Source: Candidatus Latescibacterota bacterium
GTDB taxonomy: Bacteria; Latescibacterota; UBA2968; UBA8231
Reading direction: 5' to 3'
DNA length: 64,000 bases
Assembly (NCBI GenBank): GCA_965203355.1
Contig: OZ241889.1
Location: forward strand, 928,001-992,000
Shown here: in pieces, positions 1 through 9,426 of the stretch
How the letters are laid out: the number at the start of each line of letters is the position of its first letter
Numbering within the stretch: position 1 is the stretch's first letter
The notes under the pieces: model-generated
What the model was told of the DNA's origin: nothing
Seen by the model: only the letters and a program-made list of their open reading frames with translations
The model's database searches: none
Made by a program: the position numbers and the translations under genes

Positions 1-660
1 CTGGCAAAGTGGATTCAAGTTAAACCGGCGTATGTCAACAGTAAAACCGACGGCCCAATCGTAACACTTGTTAATCAATCTATACGCTTTAACCAAGAGG
101 CGGCTCGCAAGGTCGGCGGTGATCGATTCACGCGAGTTGGCATATATATTGATGACGAGGATCGTCGAATCGGATTTAAATTCTTTGACAGGGATGAGCA
201 GAATACCTACAAACTGATGAAGGGCAAAGGTGGGAGCTTTTCTGTACGTATTAAGAAGCTAACTAAACAGTATTTTTGGATTGGTATAGCTATGGAAGGA
301 TCCCTTGAGGAGAGACGATTCGAACTTAATACTGATGATAGTATCTACTTCATCAAGCTAATGCCATCCTTTGAGGAAAGCGCATACAGTGTAGAGTCTA
401 TACCGAACAACACGAGAGGCGTGTATCGCCTCCGAGACCACTCTGAAACAATCGTGTATATCGGACAGGGACATATTGCCGAGCGCGTCAGGGAGCACAT
501 CAGTAAGGACTGGGGAAAGTCGATAAGTAAGATAGAATACTTCGAGACCGACAATGAGAAAGACAGAATTCAGTGGGAAAAATACTTTCTCGATAGGTTT
601 AAAGAAAAGCAAGGGGAGTTTCCTAGACACAACGCTATCGGCGGTATCCACAGGCATTGA
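1..660 (+). CDS. GIY-YIG domain protein (5' truncated by window edge)
   Basis: Frame is open from base 1. C-terminal 'GVYRL...VYIGQG...RVREH...EK..L...PRHN' fits the GIY-YIG motif. Lower GC than neighbours. Confidence 0.7.
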   Translation: MAKWIQVKPAYVNSKTDGPIVTLVNQSIRFNQEAARKVGGDRFTRVGIYIDDEDRRIGFKFFDRDEQNTYKLMKGKGGSFSVRIKKLTKQYFWIGIAMEGSLEERRFELNTDDSIYFIKLMPSFEESAYSVESIPNNTRGVYRLRDHSETIVYIGQGHIAERVREHISKDWGKSISKIEYFETDNEKDRIQWEKYFLDRFKEKQGEFPRHNAIGGIHRH

Positions 661-695
661 GCAATATAGTTTCTTAAAAGAAAGACACTAGAACA

Positions 696-1739
696 ATGGA
701 CGAGCGCATTCGCGGCTTTGGCAGCGACAATCACGCTGGAGTCCACCCCGAGGTCATGGTGGCCCTACAGCGAGTCAACGTGGGGCACGTGCATTCCTAC
801 GGGGACGACCCCCACACCGCCGAAGCTGTCGCGCTTTTTCGCGAAGTGTTGGGATCAGCGGTGGAGGTTTTCTTTGCATTCAACGGCACTGGGGCTAATG
901 TTACGGCCCTTTCCGCGCTCACGCGATTTTACGACGCGGTGATTTGCTCGGACACCGCGCATCTCCACATCGACGAATGCGGTGCCCCCGAGCAGGTGGC
1001 CGGCGTCAAGCTCCTGACCGCGCCCGCGCCCGACGGCAAAATCACTCCTGAGGGAGTCGCCGCCCACGTTGCTGGTCGCGGCGACGAGCATCAAGTGCGC
1101 CCTCGCGTGGTGTCGATTACTCAGGCTACGGAACTGGGCACTGTTTACGCGCCGAGTGAGATTCGCGCCATCGCCGATTGCGCCCACGAGCACGGGATGT
1201 ATTTGCACGTTGATGGAGCGCGGATTGCCAACGCAGCGGTGGGCTTGGATTTGGAACTGCGGGAGATTACTGGGGATTGCGGGGTTGATGTGCTGTCGTT
1301 TGGCGGCACCAAAAACGGCCTGATGTTGGGGGAAGCGGTGGTCTTTTTCAAGCCCGAGCTGGCCGAAGACTATCGCCGGGCGCGCAAGCAGGGGATGCAA
1401 CTGGCCTCTAAGATGCGCTTTGTCGCCGCGCAGTTTACGGCCCTGCTGACCGGCGACTTGTGGCGCCGCAGCGCCCAGCACGCCAACGCCATGGCGCAGG
1501 TGCTGGCCGAGCGCGTCCGGCCCATTCGAGGAGTGGAGATAATCTATCCCGTGCAGGCCAACGCCGTTTTCGTGCGGTTGCCGGTGGAAGTGATTCCCGT
1601 TTTGCAGCAGGAATTTTTCTTTTATCCTTGGAATCAAGGCGAGGTGCGCTGGATGACCTCGTTCGACACGGAAACCGAGGACATAGAGGCGTTTGCGACG
1701 CTTATTGAAACTACTATGGAGGAAAGGAGCATATCGTGA
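696..1739 (+). CDS. ltaE: low-specificity L-threonine aldolase
   Basis: FGSDN, YGDD, HVDGARIANA and SFGGTKNG (PLP lysine) motifs. Confidence 0.9.
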   Translation: MDERIRGFGSDNHAGVHPEVMVALQRVNVGHVHSYGDDPHTAEAVALFREVLGSAVEVFFAFNGTGANVTALSALTRFYDAVICSDTAHLHIDECGAPEQVAGVKLLTAPAPDGKITPEGVAAHVAGRGDEHQVRPRVVSITQATELGTVYAPSEIRAIADCAHEHGMYLHVDGARIANAAVGLDLELREITGDCGVDVLSFGGTKNGLMLGEAVVFFKPELAEDYRRARKQGMQLASKMRFVAAQFTALLTGDLWRRSAQHANAMAQVLAERVRPIRGVEIIYPVQANAVFVRLPVEVIPVLQQEFFFYPWNQGEVRWMTSFDTETEDIEAFATLIETTMEERSIS

Positions 1740-2569
1740 TCATCGACACCCATACCCACTTCTACGATCCCACGCGGCCCGCCGGGGTGCCTTGGCCGCC
1801 GGCTGACAACGAACGGCTCTACCGCACGGTACTGCCCGAACACCACCGCGCGCTCGCCGCGCCCGAAGGCGTGACCGGGACGGTGGTGGTGGAGGCCAGT
1901 GCGTGGCTGGCGGACAATCAGTGGATCTTGGATTTGGCCGCTGATGACCCTTGGATCGTCGGGCTGGTGGGCCACGTCGATCCCAACCGGGCGGGCTTCA
2001 AAAGCGATATTGACCGCTTGGCGGGAAACGCGCTCTTTCGCGGCATTCGTTGCGGCAGCGGGTACTTTGCCGACTTGGAGGCCGGGTCTTTTCTCGCTGA
2101 CATGGAGCACCTCGTCGCGCGGGGCTTGCAGCTCGACGCGCTGGTGGGGCCGGAGCACTTGGGTCAAGTGGTAGAACTGGCCCGGCGGCTACCGGAATTG
2201 CGCCTCGTCATCAATCACTGCGGTGGGGTCGGGACCGACGGTGGCGATCCCAATCCGGCGTGGGTGGACGCCATAGCCCAAGCGGCCGCGCAGCCGCAGG
2301 TCTTTATGAAGGTCTCGGCGATCATGGAGCAAAGCAGGGTGGAGCCGGTGCCGGAAGAACTGGATTTTTATCGCCCGATCCTCGACGCCATGTGGGACGC
2401 CTTTGGCGCAGACCGGGTGATCTACGGGAGTAATTGGCCGGTCTGCGACCGAGCGGGGAGTTTCAAGGCCGCCCTCTCCATCGTCAAAGCGTACTTTGGT
2501 GAAAAGGGCGCGACCGAGCAGTACTTCTGGCAAAACAGCCAGACCGCCTACAAGTGGCCAGACCGCTAA
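1736..2569 (+). CDS. amidohydrolase family 2 protein
   Basis: IIDTHTHF, INHCG, YGSNWPV motifs; GTGA overlap with ltaE. Confidence 0.85.
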   Translation: MIIDTHTHFYDPTRPAGVPWPPADNERLYRTVLPEHHRALAAPEGVTGTVVVEASAWLADNQWILDLAADDPWIVGLVGHVDPNRAGFKSDIDRLAGNALFRGIRCGSGYFADLEAGSFLADMEHLVARGLQLDALVGPEHLGQVVELARRLPELRLVINHCGGVGTDGGDPNPAWVDAIAQAAAQPQVFMKVSAIMEQSRVEPVPEELDFYRPILDAMWDAFGADRVIYGSNWPVCDRAGSFKAALSIVKAYFGEKGATEQYFWQNSQTAYKWPDR

Positions 2570-2579
2570 GGAGACGCCC

Positions 2580-3902
2580 GTGAAGTTCTGGATTTTCACC
2601 CACAGCGACCAGCCGCTCGAACACTGGCTCGAAGGCTACCGGCAGCGCTTTGATGCTTGGGAAGAAGGTGGCGTCGAGGGGATTATCGTCGGTCGCATGC
2701 AGTTTAAGCAGGACGATGGTTCGGTGATCGCCAGCTATCCGGTCAATAGTAAGCTCTACGCCGAGCACGGTGTCGAGCCGCCGGAGGAGACGCCCCGCGA
2801 TCTAGAAAAAGAAAAAAAGCTCCAGGCTATGATGGACGACGCAGCGGCGCGTGGCTGGCAGATTATGACCTTTGGCATGGGGCGCGGTGGGCTGGTCGGG
2901 CTGGAGGATTTGATCGCGTTCTACCCGCAGGTTCACGGCGTCATTATCGACGGCCCCGGCGAAAATCACTACGAGCTAGCGTTCCACCACGGCGGGGAAC
3001 TGCTGGAACTCCGGCCCGGCGAAGCTCGGCTTTTTGCCTCTATGGGAGCCGATGTTGGGCGGATGCAGCGCGGCATTGACCATCTGCGGCAGGCCCTGTG
3101 TCGGCTGACGCCCCAACGGGTGCGCTACCTCGCCCAAGGCGGCCTTTTTTCGGTATTGAACTTAATTGACCTCGATGAGGACGGGTTGTATTGGTTGCGG
3201 ATGCGGCAGGAGAAGTCTCGCCGCTCTTGGGCAGACGCGCGCGCAATAGTCGATCAGGCTTCGCGCAAAATCGAGTTGGGCGGCATTCCGCGCACGGCTG
3301 TCTTTTCTGGGTTGACCGGACAGGACTACGAGCGGATGGCCGGCTACTTCGATTATATATTCCCCAAGCACTACTACTGGCATCGCGGATTTGATGGCCT
3401 TTACGGCACGGTGGCGCGTTGGGTGCAGACGTTGGGGGCGTGGAATCCGGGGCTAACGGAAGAAGACGCTTTTGCCGTGGTCGAGGCGCTTTTTGGCATC
3501 AAGCTGCCTCAGGTGCAGACGCTTTTTGATTTGGAAGCTGGCTTTCCCGCTGAGTTTTTCAGCGAGGTCGTGTACGGCGAAACGCGCCGCGCCTTGGCGG
3601 CGGCTGGTGCCGACAAGGTGATTTGCTGGGTCTCGACTGGCCGCACACCGCATGCTGGTGACCCCATGCCCGCGCGCGATCTGCTCGGCATTTTGCGGGC
3701 GTCCCAAGCGGCTGGGCTCAAGCGTTTCGTCTTTCATCCAGAGGTCATGGGCGCGTCCGAGTGGCGGGTTTTGACGGAAGTGTGCGGGACGCTGTGGCGC
3801 GAGGATCCGAGCGGGTACTGGCCTTCGGGCACGGAGAAGCCAGATGCGTTTAATGGGGGACGCAAGAAAGAGAATTTTCACGCTGCCGAGGTTGAGAACT
3901 GA
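2580..3902 (+). CDS. hypothetical protein (possible TIM-barrel enzyme)
   Basis: Long ORF with host-like codon use; GTG start at 2580 after AAGGAG; family not recognised. Confidence 0.7.
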   Translation: MKFWIFTHSDQPLEHWLEGYRQRFDAWEEGGVEGIIVGRMQFKQDDGSVIASYPVNSKLYAEHGVEPPEETPRDLEKEKKLQAMMDDAAARGWQIMTFGMGRGGLVGLEDLIAFYPQVHGVIIDGPGENHYELAFHHGGELLELRPGEARLFASMGADVGRMQRGIDHLRQALCRLTPQRVRYLAQGGLFSVLNLIDLDEDGLYWLRMRQEKSRRSWADARAIVDQASRKIELGGIPRTAVFSGLTGQDYERMAGYFDYIFPKHYYWHRGFDGLYGTVARWVQTLGAWNPGLTEEDAFAVVEALFGIKLPQVQTLFDLEAGFPAEFFSEVVYGETRRALAAAGADKVICWVSTGRTPHAGDPMPARDLLGILRASQAAGLKRFVFHPEVMGASEWRVLTEVCGTLWREDPSGYWPSGTEKPDAFNGGRKKENFHAAEVEN

Positions 3903-3952
3903 TGGTCTCTGCCCTGTGGAGACCATGGCGCTGGTCGTACTTATCTTTAGAC

Positions 3953-4063
3953 AGGAAATTTTCTGTTCCTCATTGCGAAATTTGAAGAGGGGCTGGCAGG
4001 CCGGGCAGCCTGGGGCTTATAAGGAAATTTTCTGTTCCTCATTGCGAAATTTGAAGAGAGGCT
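3953..4063. repeat. two-copy 42-bp direct repeat (37 bp identical), period 69 bp
   Basis: AGGAAATTTTCTGTTCCTCATTGCGAAATTTGAAGAG at 3953 and 4022. Confidence 0.9.
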
Positions 4064-4067
4064 ATTG

Positions 4068-4256
4068 ATGCCCCGTTGGAATATCGTCGTTTCGGAGGAT
4101 ACAGACCGCACTGTTCGGAGCTATTTGGCCCGAACGGGCGGGAAAAGAGGAGACCTATCGCGTTTCGTCGCCCGTGCGGTCCGCCAAGCGATTTTTTGGG
4201 AGACCGTTGACTCCATCTGGGAACGCAACAAGCACCTGAAGGATCTAGGAGATTAA
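4068..4256 (+). CDS. ribbon-helix-helix DNA-binding protein
   Basis: 'RWNIVVSEDTDRTVRSYLA..GGKRGDLSRFV..AVR' strand-helix-helix pattern. Confidence 0.7.
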   Translation: MPRWNIVVSEDTDRTVRSYLARTGGKRGDLSRFVARAVRQAIFWETVDSIWERNKHLKDLGD

Positions 4257-4258
4257 AA

Positions 4259-4897
4259 ATGTACGACGAATGGAAACTCATCTACTCGGCTTTAGTTACC
4301 GACATCATGGACCAACTCGGCTACCGCGATCAAGCCATGACTCCCGACATCCGTCCCAGCCGCCCCGACGCTTTTATTGCTGGTCCGGCTCTCACCATTG
4401 ACGCGCACGCCGATACCAGCCCCACTCCCGATCCCTACGGCCAAATTTTTGCCGCGTACGATCAAGCTAGTGCCGGCGATGTCTTCGTCATCGCGACCAA
4501 CGGCGAAGAGCGCTCCGGCCTGTGGGGCGAGCTCCTCTCCACGGCGGCCCAAGCGCGCGGCGTCGAATCCGTGCTGACCGACGGCTTGGTGCGCGATGTG
4601 CGCCAGATGAACGCCATGGGCTACCACTGCTTCTGCAAAGGCTACTCGCCGCTCGATTCGGCGGGCCGCATCCTCGCCAGAACGATCAACCAACCCATCA
4701 CTTGCGGCGGCGTGCAGGTTCATCCCGGGGATTTTATGCTAGCGGACTACGATGGCGTGGCGGTGATTCCGGCGGCGATCAAAAGCGAAGTCTACAAAAA
4801 GGCGATGGAAAAACTCGCGGGGGAAAATGTCGTGCGCGATGAATTGGCTGCGGGGCGGTCGCCGCGGGAGGTTTTTGATCGCTACGGGATATTGTGA
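4259..4897 (+). CDS. RraA family / HMG aldolase-like protein
   Basis: GLWGELL, DGLVRD, VHPGDFMLADYDGVAVIP motifs. Confidence 0.85.
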   Translation: MYDEWKLIYSALVTDIMDQLGYRDQAMTPDIRPSRPDAFIAGPALTIDAHADTSPTPDPYGQIFAAYDQASAGDVFVIATNGEERSGLWGELLSTAAQARGVESVLTDGLVRDVRQMNAMGYHCFCKGYSPLDSAGRILARTINQPITCGGVQVHPGDFMLADYDGVAVIPAAIKSEVYKKAMEKLAGENVVRDELAAGRSPREVFDRYGIL

Positions 4898-5083
4898 TTG
4901 TTGGACGCTTATAGACGACTCCGATAAGCGGGATTGAGCATCGGCTAGTTTGAAGGCACCCTTTTGACGGCCTCTCCATGAAGCAAGTCGATGGCCTTTG
5001 ACCTTAGCGTCCCAGGCGTTAAGAGCTTTCTTTCCCCTCTAAGCTGTGGTATATTCTACTATCCAATGATAGGAGGTACAAAG

Positions 5084-5614
5084 ATGCCTAGCCAGGAAAC
5101 GGAACGCCTCAGCAATCAAATTACTTGGCTTTATAACGAATATCGAACTGCTCTTTATAACGTCGCTTACTATGGAAAGCGACTAAAAAAAACTAAGCGG
5201 CTCAACTTTACTATCGAAGCCATTTTAGCTCTTGCTGCTCCCGGATTTATCGGAACATGGCTTTTTTTAGACGATCTTTTTATACCAAAGATTTTGGGAC
5301 TTGTTGCCTCAATCGTTGCTGTGATTAAACCGCTTTCTTCTATCAGCAATAATCTTCAGCGATATACACGTCTCTATACTACGTATAAAGAGATCTCAGC
5401 CGAATTGGAACAACTAGTAGAAAAAGTACGCGTTGAACAAGACTTTTCCCCAGAAACTAGCATCCGGTTTGGGATTCAAGTTAAACGAATGGGGAGTTTG
5501 GCTGCATTCGATGATCCGGAGATGAATCCCGAAGAGGAAGAAGTATGCTACAGGAAAGTCAACGAGCAGATACCTGCTGATACTCTATGGGTTCCAGCTA
5601 CTGCGGAGATGTAA
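5084..5614 (+). CDS. SLATT-like two-transmembrane protein
   Basis: AGGAGG RBS at 5071; N-terminal helix, two adjacent hydrophobic segments, then a helical C-terminus; low GC. Confidence 0.55.
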   Translation: MPSQETERLSNQITWLYNEYRTALYNVAYYGKRLKKTKRLNFTIEAILALAAPGFIGTWLFLDDLFIPKILGLVASIVAVIKPLSSISNNLQRYTRLYTTYKEISAELEQLVEKVRVEQDFSPETSIRFGIQVKRMGSLAAFDDPEMNPEEEEVCYRKVNEQIPADTLWVPATAEM

Positions 5615-5766
5615 TGAGCAAAAGACGATCTGGTCCACCTTCAGGAGCAAAACCACCGCGCCCTTGGCCACAGCCGACTCCAAAACCACGGTCCACTCCA
5701 CCAGTCAGCCCACAACCTACTCAGCCGGCCGGTCCGCCAGACAAGCCACTACCTAGAAAAAAGTAG
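5614..5766 (+). CDS. small proline-rich basic peptide (50 aa)
   Basis: TAATG overlap with upstream gene; MSKRRSGPPSGAKPPRPWPQPTPKPRSTPPVSPQPTQPAGPPDKPLPRKK; below the ORF track cutoff. Confidence 0.5.
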   Translation: MSKRRSGPPSGAKPPRPWPQPTPKPRSTPPVSPQPTQPAGPPDKPLPRKK

Positions 5767-5819
5767 CGGCTAATTGCGTCAACCACCGCTAGCCACCCCC
5801 AATAAGGCCGAGATCCAAA

Positions 5820-6001
5820 GTCCACCGCGGCGATTTCATGCTAGCGGACTACGATGGCGTGGCGGTGATTCCGGCGGCGATCAAAGGCGAAGTCCACAAA
5901 AAGGCGATGGAAAAACTCGCGGGGGAAAATGTCGTGCGCGATGAATTGGCTGCGGGGCGGTCGCCGCGGGAGGTTTTTGATCGCTACGGGATATTGTGAT
6001 T
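5820..6001 (+). repeat. duplicated 3' end of the RraA-family gene (copy of 4718..4899)
   Basis: About 182-bp direct repeat including the stop codon, with a few substitutions. Confidence 0.95.
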
Positions 6002-6228
6002 TATACCTCAGTCAGCTCAGGAACGTGTTCTTCCTCATATTTCTCAATCAGCACACTTATGACCTCCATTAGTGAGGCTAGGGGATGATTTTCTTCCTCG
6101 CCTACTACATCAATCAAATCGTCTAATACAGTTACAAGCCGTTGATATTCGCTTTCTGCATGGGGGACGAATACAACGGGGGTCAGCATGGGCCATACGT
6201 CTTGAGCGGTTTGTATTTTTGCTTCCAT
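6001..6228 (-). CDS. HigA-like antitoxin (short, no C-terminal HTH)
   Basis: 'ESEYQRLV.VLDDLID...NHPLASLMEVISVLIEKYEEEH' resembles a HigA N-domain; directly follows a HigB remnant. Confidence 0.7.
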   Translation of the reverse strand: MEAKIQTAQDVWPMLTPVVFVPHAESEYQRLVTVLDDLIDVVGEEENHPLASLMEVISVLIEKYEEEHVPELTEV

Positions 6229-6231
6229 AAT

Positions 6232-6345
6232 TTACTCTTTCCATTTTCCCTTATTATACTCATTGTGCGTTAGTATTGCACGAATATAGATTTTCCGTCG
6301 GTTATAATGTACCGCTGCGATAAGACGCGCCTTGTTACCACCAAT
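6232..6345 (-). pseudogene. higB: HigB toxin C-terminal remnant
   Basis: Minus strand reads IGGNKARLIAAVHYNRRKIYIRAILTHNEYNKGKWKE*; no start codon and no N-terminal half. Confidence 0.8.
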
Positions 6346-6568
6346 TGGAGAATTATCTCCACGTAATCGGCGTATAAAAGGACCTTTGTTTTTGTCTGTT
6401 TCGCAATACCTTCCTTTACTCGTCGCTCGTTGCCCCCAAATAGGTATGGTTAGCCAAGTAAAGACTGAGGAGGAAGCATTGAAAAAACCTCAAAGAGACT
6501 ACCGAGCTGTACTGGGAAGAAGTCGCAACCCCCGAAAGTTCAGGAGATTCGGGCAAGTCCGCCCGCCC

Positions 6569-8233
6569 CTAGCTCTTGCGCGTCTCCAAGTGCGACGGCA
6601 GCCAGCCGACAACGGCCTGTTCGGAGTCTTCGTTCCAAAAGAAATACAGCCGAAAACAACGGCGCACATCGCGTGTGCTCCCCTTCTTCAAGTGTCGGTT
6701 GAGCAGATGCCGCTGACCAGCGTAGCGCACGAAATACATGTCGCCGTGTTGTCCGTGCCCATCTCCGGCAAAAGTTTGGGTCTCCTCGATGTTCAAGTTC
6801 AAACAAGCCTGCTTGAAAGCGCCGACTTTAGAAGACCCGAAGCGCCGCATGGGAACGTAGTAGTCTCGGAGCAGAAGTAGAGCTTTGTACAGGAAAGTAA
6901 GGTCTTCGTATTTGCTTTTTTTGGCGGCGTGTTTAGCGCGTGGCAGCACTTCGACAACCCCCGCAAGATTTTTGTCGCACCACTCATCAAAGCCGTTCAG
7001 GTCGCTGGGAATCTCCGGCTCTTTTGGGCTTGGCCTGTCGGCTGATGCCCTTTCGAGCATTTCTACGCGGGCGCGTAAGTTCCGCGCACGTTGAGTCGCA
7101 GTCGCTGCCTTGGCTAAGGCTATATCGCGCTCTTGCTCTACGGACTTCAGAACGCCTTCAAAAGTCTCTTCCATCTCTTCGCGCTCGTCTTGGAGCTCGA
7201 AGAGATGGGCCTCGGCCAGTTCGAGCCTTTCTTCCATGCTTGCATTCGCCGCCTTGGCTTGCTCTCGGCGACGCTCGGTTGCCAGCCGCCGAATTTTGGC
7301 AAAGGACGGGAAGTCGCTGTCGGAATCTGAACGCTCGACCGTGTCTTTTAATACGCGGTCCGCCAAAAACTCCGCGTACGCCGCACGGCCTCCGTCCCAA
7401 TTCTGAATGCGCCGGGCCGTTGCCCAAGGGTGTTGATGCGGTTCATCCTCGGGACTAAAACTCGGGCGATAGTTTCTGACGGCTCCATTGAATACAGAAA
7501 ATTCTCGCCCAAGCTCGTGGGTCAAGCGAAAGGTGGCCGGCGCGGTGATGACCGCTACGTGGGCGGTGCCAAAAGTCCTACGGCATAGATCGTCAATCGG
7601 GAATGCTGCGTCTTTGGCATCGGTGGAGCCTGTAGGTAGCGCCGCGACAATAACAGCGGCCCGGCGCGTTGCGTCGCGAATTAAGGCGCACAGCAATGGA
7701 ACTTCGTCGCTAGCAACGAGCCACGGAGCTGGACGCAATACCCGACGATCCAGCAAGCCGGTGCCGATGTTTGCGAGCTGCCGGACGAGATCGGGAATGT
7801 AGCGCTTGATGGGGATATGGGTTCCGCGCTTGGTACACACGAGGCGGGTGCTGACGGCGATTTCTCGCTCGGCTAACCGCTTTAGCCCGACCTCTGTAAC
7901 CCACGTGAGTTGTGGAACGGACTTGTCGGCGTCGTCGAGCCGCGCTACCCAAGTCGCTGGATTGTCCAACGACACGGCCGCGGCGTACTGGGCTCCAATT
8001 TTCTCGGTCTCAAAGGGCTGCCCTTTCCAAGCCTGCGAGGGCAGCGGTTGGCCAACGCGCTCGGCTATCCATCGCAAGACCGCTTTCTGGGCCATTGCGA
8101 AAGGAGCGTTGCCGTTGTGTACGCGGACCTTGATGGAAATTTGGCTGACCGGCAACACAGACGAGTACTGCTCCTGCATACTCGCTTGTACGGGCCGCAA
8201 CTGGTCTGCCAACGATGTGTTGTAAGGACTCAT
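6569..8233 (-). CDS. coiled-coil protein with putative C-terminal RelE-like RNase domain
   Basis: Central charged coiled coil; C-terminal 'HLKKG..RD.RRCFRLYFFW....VVGWLPSHL'; start codon uncertain. Confidence 0.55.
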   Translation of the reverse strand: MSPYNTSLADQLRPVQASMQEQYSSVLPVSQISIKVRVHNGNAPFAMAQKAVLRWIAERVGQPLPSQAWKGQPFETEKIGAQYAAAVSLDNPATWVARLDDADKSVPQLTWVTEVGLKRLAEREIAVSTRLVCTKRGTHIPIKRYIPDLVRQLANIGTGLLDRRVLRPAPWLVASDEVPLLCALIRDATRRAAVIVAALPTGSTDAKDAAFPIDDLCRRTFGTAHVAVITAPATFRLTHELGREFSVFNGAVRNYRPSFSPEDEPHQHPWATARRIQNWDGGRAAYAEFLADRVLKDTVERSDSDSDFPSFAKIRRLATERRREQAKAANASMEERLELAEAHLFELQDEREEMEETFEGVLKSVEQERDIALAKAATATQRARNLRARVEMLERASADRPSPKEPEIPSDLNGFDEWCDKNLAGVVEVLPRAKHAAKKSKYEDLTFLYKALLLLRDYYVPMRRFGSSKVGAFKQACLNLNIEETQTFAGDGHGQHGDMYFVRYAGQRHLLNRHLKKGSTRDVRRCFRLYFFWNEDSEQAVVGWLPSHLETRKS

Positions 8234-8270
8234 CGAACCTACTTCTGCCGAATCAAATAACAGAGTGGAA

Positions 8271-9407
8271 CTATGCAGCCAGTGCCTGCGCAAAGTCCGC
8301 ACACAAATCCGCGGCGGCCTCAATGCCGCATGACACGCGGACCAAGCCGTCGGCGATGCCCATAGCCGTCCGCTCCGCTCGACTCAAGCCGCTGTGCGAC
8401 GTGGTGACTGGCCGAGTAATGAGCGTTTCTACCCCGCCGAGACTGGGGGCTGACGCCGGCAGAACCAGCTTGGACAGCAAGCGCTCGGCCGCCTCCACGC
8501 CCCCGCACAACTCAAAGCTCAACACGCCACCCGCCCCGGCAAATAGCCGCTGCGCCCGCTCGTATTGCGGATGGCTTTTCAGCCTTGGGTAATTAACCTG
8601 CGTCACCTGCGCCTGCTCGGCTAAAAAGCGCGCCAACCGCAACCCATTTTCGTCGTGCTGCCGCATCCTCAGCGACAGCGTCTTCAAGCCCCGTTGCAGC
8701 AAAAAGCAGGCGTGGACATCCAGCGAGCCGCCCAAGTGATTCAGCTTGTGTCGAATGGCTTTGACGTGCTCAGCCGAGCCGACGACCACGCCCGCGACGA
8801 GGTCTGAATGGCCGTTGAGATACTTGGTCGCGCTGTGTAGTTCTAGGTCAAATCCGATTTCCAGCGGGCGGAAGTTGCACGGCAAGGCAAAGGTATTGTC
8901 GATCAGCGACACGAGCCCGTGGGCGCGGGCAAATTCCACGACCGCCTCTAGATCGGCGACTTCGAGCAGCGGATTGGTCATGGTCTCCACGTAAATCGCC
9001 CGGGTCTCGGGTCGCAGCTTGGCGGCCCACGTCTCAGGCGCATTGCCCGCGATAAAGTCGTAGCTCAGCCCCAAGCCCGGCGCGTCCTGCGTCACAAAGC
9101 TGTGTGTGCCGCCGTAGAGGCAGTCTTGGATTAGCAGGTGATCGCCGCTGTTGAGCATGGCTATCAATGCGGTGGTGATCGCCGCCATCCCGGAGCTGGC
9201 GACCAAGGCGTCCTCGCCGCCGCAGATGGCGGCCAGTTTGGCGTGCAATGCGCGGTGGTTGGGCGTGTTGTTGAGGCGGAGATAGCGGACGGCGTCGTAG
9301 CCCTGCTCGTCTTGCGAGACAAAAGTCGAGCTCTGGAAGATCGGCGTCACCACGGCCCCGTTGATGCGCTCCTCGCCAGCGTGGACGAGGCGGGTCTGAA
9401 TGTCCAT
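8271..9407 (-). CDS. cystathionine gamma-synthase/lyase family PLP enzyme
   Basis: PIFQSSTF, SSGMAAI, IDNTFA, HSATKYLNGHSD, SLGGVETL, RVSCGIE. Confidence 0.9.
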   Translation of the reverse strand: MDIQTRLVHAGEERINGAVVTPIFQSSTFVSQDEQGYDAVRYLRLNNTPNHRALHAKLAAICGGEDALVASSGMAAITTALIAMLNSGDHLLIQDCLYGGTHSFVTQDAPGLGLSYDFIAGNAPETWAAKLRPETRAIYVETMTNPLLEVADLEAVVEFARAHGLVSLIDNTFALPCNFRPLEIGFDLELHSATKYLNGHSDLVAGVVVGSAEHVKAIRHKLNHLGGSLDVHACFLLQRGLKTLSLRMRQHDENGLRLARFLAEQAQVTQVNYPRLKSHPQYERAQRLFAGAGGVLSFELCGGVEAAERLLSKLVLPASAPSLGGVETLITRPVTTSHSGLSRAERTAMGIADGLVRVSCGIEAAADLCADFAQALAA

Positions 9408-9426
9408 TGAGATTTCCTTAGCTGGT

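Noticed and set aside
3953-4063. CRISPR array
   Set aside because: Only two repeats, no cas genes or leader, and similarity runs past the putative repeat boundary.
6332-6880. 182-aa plus-strand ORF
   Set aside because: It overlaps the 3' end of the large minus-strand gene and the higB remnant, and has no recognisable motif.
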